Assembly: GCA_026416845.1 (NCBI GenBank)
Contig: JAOAEL010000003.1
Location: 78,047-142,046, forward strand
From: Patescibacteria group bacterium
Lineage (GTDB): Bacteria > Patescibacteriota > Microgenomatia > UBA8517
Direction: 5' to 3'
Length of the DNA stretch: 64,000 nucleotides
Positions 57,363 to 64,000 of the stretch are shown piece after piece (position 1 is the stretch's first letter; each line of letters opens with the position of its first letter). The translations under genes and the position numbers were made by a program. Below the pieces are notes generated by a model. It was not told the DNA's origin. It searched no databases and saw only the letters and a program-made list of their open reading frames with translations.

Positions 57363-58613
57363 CTATCGGAACGAAGTTGGGTACGCGTTACAAGGTTTGG
57401 AAGTTTGTAAAATATTTAAAATTTTATTAGTAACCTCGTTTGTTGAGATATCAATCATACAAAAACCTTTTATTGGTTGAGAGCAAGAATAGTAACAAGG
57501 TGAGCAAGAAAGCTTAGGGCCGATAATTATACTATGCTCATTAGTCAACTCCAGCTCTTTATCTGGCATTGGACCTACAAGTACCACAGTGGGTTTTTTA
57601 AAGGCTTGGGCGACATGAAAACCGAAAGTGTCGGCGGTAACTACAACTTTACAATTATGAATTATTGCCATAAAGTTCCCTATCTCTATGTTATTTGGCA
57701 ACACCGCCAGGTTTTCCATGGTTTTATCTCTTCCAAGATGTTGGATGACCTCATCTCTAGCATCGGAATCTTCAGGGCCACTCAAAACTAATATGCCTAT
57801 TTCGGGGCGCGATTGAGCAACCTCGATTATTAATTCAGAAAATCTGTATGGCGGCCACCGCCTTAAAACCCCTTTCCGGCTGGTACCTATATTCAGACCT
57901 ATAACATCTGCGTAATTCCTGCCGTTAAAAGCATTGTTAATAATTTCAGCGGCTTTTTGATAATTTGAAGGGTTTAATCTAATGTCGTATTCTGGACCAG
58001 AGTATTCCAAGCCAATGCTTTCCAGCAGGATTCTTTGCATGGTTAGTTGGTTAGCCTTCCTGAAAGCGTCGTCTATTTGCAGTTGTTGCAAGTAGTTGGC
58101 ATAAGGGGGAACACCACAAAATTTACCTTGAGCATTTAAAGCAAAACCAGCTATACAAGTATTTGCCTTAACGATTTCCACAACCCGACCTTGGTTATTG
58201 CTAGACTCGAAATTTACCAAAACATCTACCCTTAAAGCTGATTGATCAAACTTTCCCGCTTCTACATCAATTGGAGTTACATTTGGAACGTATTTTAATA
58301 ATTCGGCCCCACGTGTGTGTGTAAACCAATATATTGGGGTATTGGGATTGATTTTCCTGATCCCCTTGGAAATTGCGGTCGTTCTTAAGATACTACCTAG
58401 ACCACCCATTTCTACTATACCAACGCTAGATGCTGTCCTAAGCTCCTCAGGACTATATGGTTTATTGACAATTTGCAGAATTTTTTGACCTTCTTGGTAA
58501 AAAGCGCAATTGGCACAATTAGCCAAACCTTGTTTTTTTTGTTCTGTACAAGGCTTGTAACCTAACCAATTAGCACATTCTGGTTTAAAGATTTCAGATT
58601 GAAAGTAGCTCAT
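57363..58613 (-). CDS. Glycosyltransferase family 9 (ADP-heptose:LPS heptosyltransferase-like) with a Cys-rich N-terminal extension
   Basis: GT9 blocks GIVEMGGLGSILRTTAISKGIRKINPNTPIYWFTH and GNFMAIIHNCKVVVTADTFGFHVAQAFKKPTVVLVGP. C-terminal C-x-x-C-containing tail typical of GT9. Confidence 0.65.
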   Translation of the reverse strand: MSYFQSEIFKPECANWLGYKPCTEQKKQGLANCANCAFYQEGQKILQIVNKPYSPEELRTASSVGIVEMGGLGSILRTTAISKGIRKINPNTPIYWFTHTRGAELLKYVPNVTPIDVEAGKFDQSALRVDVLVNFESSNNQGRVVEIVKANTCIAGFALNAQGKFCGVPPYANYLQQLQIDDAFRKANQLTMQRILLESIGLEYSGPEYDIRLNPSNYQKAAEIINNAFNGRNYADVIGLNIGTSRKGVLRRWPPYRFSELIIEVAQSRPEIGILVLSGPEDSDARDEVIQHLGRDKTMENLAVLPNNIEIGNFMAIIHNCKVVVTADTFGFHVAQAFKKPTVVLVGPMPDKELELTNEHSIIIGPKLSCSPCYYSCSQPIKGFCMIDISTNEVTNKILNILQTSKPCNAYPTSFR

Positions 58614-59202
58614 TTTTGTATTTATTAATTATGTGACTTACAGGAAAAGTAAGTTCTTTTTGCAAAGCTTGGTCTATGCTTAGCCAAACAGGATTTTTGC
58701 CCTCCGCGCATACTTTTATTTCCATATCGTCAATTTCCTCCAAAAGATATAAATACGCGTGCCACCTGTGAGCGTCAGATCCTCTTCTGCATGAGTCCCC
58801 AACAATATTTTCAGTGCTTATTTTGAGCAAATTTTTGGCTTTGATTCCAACTTCTTCTTCAAGCTCCCGCATTGCGGCTTGCAACGGTTCTTCTCCCGAG
58901 TCAACATGTCCGGAAGGAACGGTGTAAGAAAAAGGATATATAGTCCTTTCAAAAAACAAGAAATTTTTTTGTTTGTTTCTCACAAAAACACCCGCGCTTT
59001 CGTGCCAATATTCACCTTTTTCGTCGACCCACCATTTGATAGCCGGATCAATGATTATTGACCTTTCGCTGATTTTGCCACACTCGCGGCACAAATAATA
59101 AGTTTTTCCATCTTTGCAAATTGCCTCAACCTTTTCGGCATGGCAAAGAAGGCAATATTGGTGATATTGTCCATCGTTTTTCCATTGAAATTTAAGTTTC
59201 AT
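58594..59202 (-). CDS. Nudix hydrolase with an N-terminal C4 zinc ribbon (NudC/NADH pyrophosphatase-like architecture)
   Basis: CLLC-x17-CREC zinc ribbon followed by the Nudix box GHVDSGEEPLQAAMRELEEEVGI. Confidence 0.65.
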   Translation of the reverse strand: MKLKFQWKNDGQYHQYCLLCHAEKVEAICKDGKTYYLCRECGKISERSIIIDPAIKWWVDEKGEYWHESAGVFVRNKQKNFLFFERTIYPFSYTVPSGHVDSGEEPLQAAMRELEEEVGIKAKNLLKISTENIVGDSCRRGSDAHRWHAYLYLLEEIDDMEIKVCAEGKNPVWLSIDQALQKELTFPVSHIINKYKNELLSI

Positions 59203-60604
59203 AAAGGTTTATATATTATACACGAAAAAGTCAATTTTTAGCCTAATTTGAAGCCAGATCTGGTTTTTAATAAAGTTAGGAATTTGAAGAAAGAATAAAA
59301 AGTAGATTTGGGTGACAGTGAGAATGGAACGATAGAAATGAATCTTGCAATCGGAATGGAGAATTATTTGACCCAATACATGCAGGATGTAGAGGAATTT
59401 TTGAAAATTGGCAATGAATGGCAAGAACATAGAAACTAAAGATGGCAGAAAAAAAAGAACTTTTTTATTAGTTTTCAGCTTTTGATGTTTGCTTATTGAC
59501 GAAGACATCTTTTATTGAAAAATTGTTTATCGCGTTTCAGACGACAAGTTTGACGTTGTTTGCTTTTGAGTGGTTGTTTTTGTATATTAATTGAGATATT
59601 TTTCTTTCACACACAACGTTGTATATTTAACAAATCTTTATACCCAAAATACAATCTGAAGGAAAAGATTCACATAGTGTAAAAATTAAAAATCTTTTCA
59701 TAATTTTGACTTTTATATGAGGCAGTTTTATTTCTAGGGATTATTGTTCTTAACTCTGTCTTTCGTTCAGCAGTTTGTTAGCAAAAGTTCAATTTTTTAA
59801 TTCCAAGATTTGGATGAATATAGAGTAAAAGACTATTTGCCGAAATACTTTATATTAACAATCTATAATAAAAGTTAAACATTCAAAGGAATATATATTT
59901 TTGATGATTTTTAAAAATAGCTTATAAAGCAGGACACATTGGTGGTATTTTATAAATAGGATTTAGTGAAATTTAAAATGCTAAAATTATTCAATTAAGT
60001 TATAAAAAACTGATTATTTGATCTTTTGCATAGATTTGAGATAAATTTGTGTTTAGTTTATAAGATTAGAAAGTTGAGAAAGTGTGTCATTTCATATTCC
60101 AGCTCATTGATTAAACCCGTCAACTTTATAGTTTTAATAGTAAGTCCAGTTTTTTATTTTTTTGCTTAACTTAAACTTTGCAATTTCTTCAGTCTTTGAT
60201 TGATACTTCGCTACTGATTTTTTTCAATTTTTTTCAATGGTTTGCGGTTTGGGATCTTTTTCATTTTTTTTGAATTTTATTACTTAAATAATTTTGTTAA
60301 TCTTTTTGCTTAAATTTGTTTTGAAGTTTTTTGGTTATCAGCACTTGATTAGGTGGGCGTATTGTGATTTTGTATGGTGGTTTGTAAGATTATTTCACAT
60401 TTTCCCTCAAGGTTTAATTGTTCATCTTGTGATAAATTTATTGTACATTAGTATAAATATCAGCTCTTTCGTAAATTTTCGAGAATGAAAAATGCGCTTG
60501 ATAGTTTAAGTAAACAAAGCTAAACAGGTAATTTCAAAAACAGATCTCTTTTAGCTAATATATGGAAGATATAAAAAAACTAGATATTTTAAAATTGACA
60601 AACA

Positions 60605-60991
60605 ATGTATTTGTTAGTTCAAAAATGTAAATGTATGGATACTGAAGAATATAGGAAAAAGATTGAGCTAAAGATACTTGAGATTATGGAGCAAAAATTG
60701 AAAGATGGAAAAATGAATGCTCAAAGAGCAAAAGAAATTGCTAAATATGTCCTAAACACTCTTCGTCCTTACATGAACTTAAGTCAAATTCATGCCGTAG
60801 TGCAGGAGTTTGACGATCGTTTTCCAGAATTAGTGCCTGTGGTTTTAGAAGTATCAAGAAACTACGAAGAACAAATAAAGGAAGTGGTGCTTAGGCATGC
60901 AAGCAGACTTTTGAAGCAAGGGAAATTAGATGAAGCAAATTGCATTCTTAAACAAGCTACAAATAAACAAAGCAAACTGAGGATAGTATGA
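60605..60991 (+). CDS. Hypothetical protein. Start overlaps (ATGA) the next gene.
   Basis: 128-aa ORF. The 4-nt overlap with the 756-aa ORF suggests translational coupling. Confidence 0.35.
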   Translation: MYLLVQKCKCMDTEEYRKKIELKILEIMEQKLKDGKMNAQRAKEIAKYVLNTLRPYMNLSQIHAVVQEFDDRFPELVPVVLEVSRNYEEQIKEVVLRHASRLLKQGKLDEANCILKQATNKQSKLRIV

Positions 60992-63258
60992 CAGACAGAT
61001 TGCCAAGTTCTGAGTTATCAGAGGTTGCAACATCCGAAACATATAAACCAGTAGAAGTAGAATTTTCAGAGATCCAAAGCATAGGTCAAACAGAAAAGGC
61101 AATGGTTGCAAGGATTGATCAAGATGGAGACCCTGATTTGGTATTTCAAGATTTAGTAGAAATGGAGACAAAAGTGGTTAACCCAGCGAGTAAAGAATTT
61201 ACTTCGGATGCAATTCCCGCTGGTGAAGAATCAGGGCAATGTCAACAAGGTGGTGCAGAAATTGAAACTAAATGTCCAGTCACTTGGAAAGAGATCTTTC
61301 AAACTAAGACAGGAAAAGAATTTCAAAATGCAATGATGGGAATTGGTCCTGATGGAAAACAGGATGTTATAAAAGGCCGGATAAATAGGGATTATTCGAT
61401 GAGGGAGTTTGTAAGAAGGCACCCACGGGAAGCTTTGCAGTATATGGAAATTTTCCAAAGAGAATATGGGGTACCACACTATGATTTGCAAAAAGCTATA
61501 CAACAAGTGGCAGAGCTTGAACAAAATCCTTTTCAAGTTTCTCAAGAAGACCCAAAATATGCTGAATTACCTGATCAAATGGAACAAGACGCTAGATATA
61601 TTGAATTGCGAAATCAATTATATAATGATCATAAAGTTAAAGTTTTTGGCACAACAGACTTTCGTGACATCCCGCTTGAGAGATTTATTGATTTAGTAAG
61701 TTTAGATTCGAATATTCTTTACTCAGTGGATGCAGAAGCAGAGAAGGTGTTTCGTGAAACTTATCCCGATGTGGCAAGATTATATGATGAAAGAGAAAGT
61801 AAAAGAGTTTATCGTGATCCTGATGGGCTAATAAATATAGACAGAGATCCACTTTTTCTCAAAATGTTGGAACCAAACAGTCATGGTGAGGTTTGGACTC
61901 GTGAAGAAGCAATGAGGCGATTTGCACTAATGTATCCAGATAAAGCTAAATTCTATGCTGAAAGATACACTGAATTGCGACCATACTTAGAGAATCAAAC
62001 TGAGTTTGCTGGAAAAAATTTGGCAGAGACTTTTGTTACGACCCAAAATGTTGTTGGTGATAATCTAGCGCAGGCTGAAAACTTTAACCTTGAGGTAGTT
62101 GCTATTAACACTCTAGCGCAATCTGTGTTAGAAAGATTGCAAGAAGCTGGTGTTGAAGCAAGAATTATACAAATTGTAAATGCGGGTGAATTTACTGAAG
62201 CAGTTATTCTTCCTAAAAAAGAAATTTTTACGGAAAAAATGGTTCGGGTTTATCGTGGAGTAAATCAATTAGACGCTTCTTTGCTAAAACAAGTACCATA
62301 CGCTATGCGTGCTGAAGGTGAAAATGAAACAGGTTCAGTTGTCTTGGACAATTTAAGACAAGAAGTTGCTGTTCTAGCAAATGAACCAACTTATGAAAAT
62401 TTGATAAAGTATGTGAATAAAGCTAAATCTCAGATGAACGAAATTCAAAGAACCAAACTTGATAGAGACTTGGCAGAGATTGAAAGTGGCATACTAAAAG
62501 GAAATAGTGTTAGAACTGAACTTATTTATCATCAGATTGGACACAATGGAGGATTTTTTGATAGTGGAATAAGTCCTTATTTATCAGTGTCTTGGAGTCC
62601 AAGTGAGGCATTAGAATATGCAGGTCTAAATGGTGCAATACTTGTTATTGATGTTCCTATATCCCAAATAGAAGACTTTGGAGATAATTGCACAGAAACG
62701 AATTTGAAGGGTGTATTAGATCCAAATAATATTACAGCCATTATTCCAATAAATGGAGTTAATAAAGGAGATCCGCAAACAACTGAACAAGCAATTAATA
62801 ATGCTTTACGAGCTATTTCTGAGGCAACAAATGTTCCAGTATATGATTCTGAAGAAACTCAAACAGTTCGTACCCAACAACATGTTGCAAATAAAGAAAA
62901 AGATAAAAAGCAATGGGAAATTGATGTCCAGATGGTTCGACTAAAAAGAACAGATAATTTAATGCATCTTTTCCCTGAAGTTGGTTTAGATTTTCAAACC
63001 ATTCAACAGTGGGCTATGGAAGCAGAAATTGATATTTATACTACCGCAAAAATCCACATTTTTGATTTCTACGCAGAAAAATTTAGAAAACTAGGTCGTG
63101 GAGGAATGGATGTCTCGGACTACAATTATTTTTCTGAATCTGAATATGGCGCACAAAAAAATTTTGATAGAAATAAAATAACTGATGAAATGTTAATCAA
63201 ACTTCGAGATATGGTGCAAAGACAAGAACAGAGATTGCAAAAGAAATCACAGAATTAA
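60988..63258 (+). CDS. Hypothetical large soluble protein (756 aa)
   Basis: Uninterrupted 2.3 kb ORF. No confident motif. Contains YRG ... SVSWS...EALEY, which is only weakly reminiscent of R-S-E ADP-ribosyltransferase motifs. Confidence 0.4.
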   Translation: MTDRLPSSELSEVATSETYKPVEVEFSEIQSIGQTEKAMVARIDQDGDPDLVFQDLVEMETKVVNPASKEFTSDAIPAGEESGQCQQGGAEIETKCPVTWKEIFQTKTGKEFQNAMMGIGPDGKQDVIKGRINRDYSMREFVRRHPREALQYMEIFQREYGVPHYDLQKAIQQVAELEQNPFQVSQEDPKYAELPDQMEQDARYIELRNQLYNDHKVKVFGTTDFRDIPLERFIDLVSLDSNILYSVDAEAEKVFRETYPDVARLYDERESKRVYRDPDGLINIDRDPLFLKMLEPNSHGEVWTREEAMRRFALMYPDKAKFYAERYTELRPYLENQTEFAGKNLAETFVTTQNVVGDNLAQAENFNLEVVAINTLAQSVLERLQEAGVEARIIQIVNAGEFTEAVILPKKEIFTEKMVRVYRGVNQLDASLLKQVPYAMRAEGENETGSVVLDNLRQEVAVLANEPTYENLIKYVNKAKSQMNEIQRTKLDRDLAEIESGILKGNSVRTELIYHQIGHNGGFFDSGISPYLSVSWSPSEALEYAGLNGAILVIDVPISQIEDFGDNCTETNLKGVLDPNNITAIIPINGVNKGDPQTTEQAINNALRAISEATNVPVYDSEETQTVRTQQHVANKEKDKKQWEIDVQMVRLKRTDNLMHLFPEVGLDFQTIQQWAMEAEIDIYTTAKIHIFDFYAEKFRKLGRGGMDVSDYNYFSESEYGAQKNFDRNKITDEMLIKLRDMVQRQEQRLQKKSQN

Positions 63259-63425
63259 ATACAGGCTATCCAAATAGTTAAACCCTGTTAATGTACATAG
63301 AAAATAGGTTTGTAATGTTGCATTTAAGTCGCTATTTATGTAATTTTTAAGTTTGCTCTAAAGTCTAGAATGTAAGTTTTCTGATAGAACTTTTAGCAGT
63401 CAAAAAATAAATTAAGCTTTAAAAA

Positions 63426-64000
63426 ATGTCTAGCAATAAAAATATGAAAAAAATTATTTTGGATGTAGGTTCCTCGACTATTAAAGTTTATAAATATTCA
63501 GGGAAGAAATTAAATCTATTGTTGCAACGTTCTATCTTTTTCAAAGAAAATTTTGATCCCGAAGGAGGGATTTCGCCAGAATCTAAAAAAGAACTTTTTG
63601 AGCTTTTAGATTCGATCAAGGATCAAAACAAAAACACTTTTATAAAAATTTATGCCACCGGAATTTTTAGAAAATTGGCACCCTCAACCAAAATTGCCTT
63701 TGTGGACGAAGTCTTTTTAAGAACAGGTTTGTATTTCAACATTATCAGCCAAGATTTAGAAAACTTTTATTTGGAAAAAGCCTTAATAGGAAGGTGTAAC
63801 TTAAAAGAACCAGTTTTACTTATTAACATCGGCGGAGCATCTACTGAGCTTGTTGTAATGTATGGCAATGAAGCAGTTGAAAGAAAAAATTTAGATGTAG
63901 GAGTTGCTAATGTTTTAACCGATTTTCCTCAAATTAATGATAAGGTATCTAAAGTGAGCATAGATGAAATCTTAAAATTTATTAATGCCAAAATACCACA
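63426..64000 (+). CDS. Ppx/GppA family exopolyphosphatase / guanosine pentaphosphate phosphohydrolase (partial, runs off the window end)
   Basis: ILDVGSSTIKVYKY (phosphate-1 motif of the ASKHA fold) and LLINIGGASTELV (phosphate-2) are typical of Ppx/GppA N-terminal domains. Confidence 0.7.
   Translation, partial: MSSNKNMKKIILDVGSSTIKVYKYSGKKLNLLLQRSIFFKENFDPEGGISPESKKELFELLDSIKDQNKNTFIKIYATGIFRKLAPSTKIAFVDEVFLRTGLYFNIISQDLENFYLEKALIGRCNLKEPVLLINIGGASTELVVMYGNEAVERKNLDVGVANVLTDFPQINDKVSKVSIDEILKFINAKIP

Noticed and set aside
59209-59508. 99-aa minus-strand ORF
   Set aside because: Low-complexity, no start context and no motifs, and it lies inside the long AT-rich non-coding stretch. Probably spurious.
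1-64000. Possibility of an alternative genetic code (code 25, UGA=Gly, used by some CPR lineages)
   Set aside because: dnaA, dnaN and other conserved genes terminate at TGA at the expected positions, and full-length conserved proteins are obtained with the standard table. Code 11 therefore applies.
1-64000. CRISPR arrays / cas genes
   Set aside because: No regularly spaced direct repeats of 25-40 nt were seen anywhere in the window, and no Cas-like protein motifs were found.

Overview
This window is an AT-rich (~30% GC) bacterial chromosomal segment read with the standard genetic code; TGA is used as a stop, e.g. at dnaA and dnaN. It contains the chromosomal replication-origin neighbourhood. 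The minus strand carries rpmH-rnpA-yidD-yidC-jag(khpB)-rnhA, a large membrane-protein gene and rplY, and the plus strand carries dnaA-dnaN, with DnaA boxes in both flanking spacers. Other housekeeping genes are VanW, tsaD, a frameshifted tsaC, a short valS, htpX, an NhaP-type antiporter, dnaG, rpoD, a tRNA (anticodon GTT), cdd, a NudC-like Nudix hydrolase and a partial Ppx/GppA. By inference only, the gene content and the reduced enzymes (710-aa ValRS, no mnmE/mnmG/gidB beside yidC-jag) fit a Patescibacteria/CPR-like reduced genome. Three accessory blocks stand out. (1) A ~17 kb type IV secretion-like locus at 17.3-34.7 kb: split VirB4 ATPase, VirB6-like polytopic protein, VirB2-like pilin candidate, a 1475-aa secreted Cys-rich protein with a C-terminal Asp-box repeat, and an unusual J-domain-TM-M23 peptidase fusion. 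(2) A mosaic at 35.4-46.8 kb containing a tandemly duplicated two-gene cassette (small conserved protein plus ~270-aa protein with an acidic DD-x-IDY-x-DD motif), interleaved with higher-GC genes (Mpg glycosylase, cupin, DUF4397-like, TetR, FtsJ-like methyltransferase). (3) A higher-GC patch at 52.4-59.2 kb after the tRNA: an Ala/Val/Ser-rich repeat protein, a PaaK/CapK-like adenylating enzyme, a GT9 glycosyltransferase and degraded ORFs, followed by an unusual 1.4 kb non-coding AT-rich stretch. No CRISPR array, rRNA, integrase or transposase was recognised.
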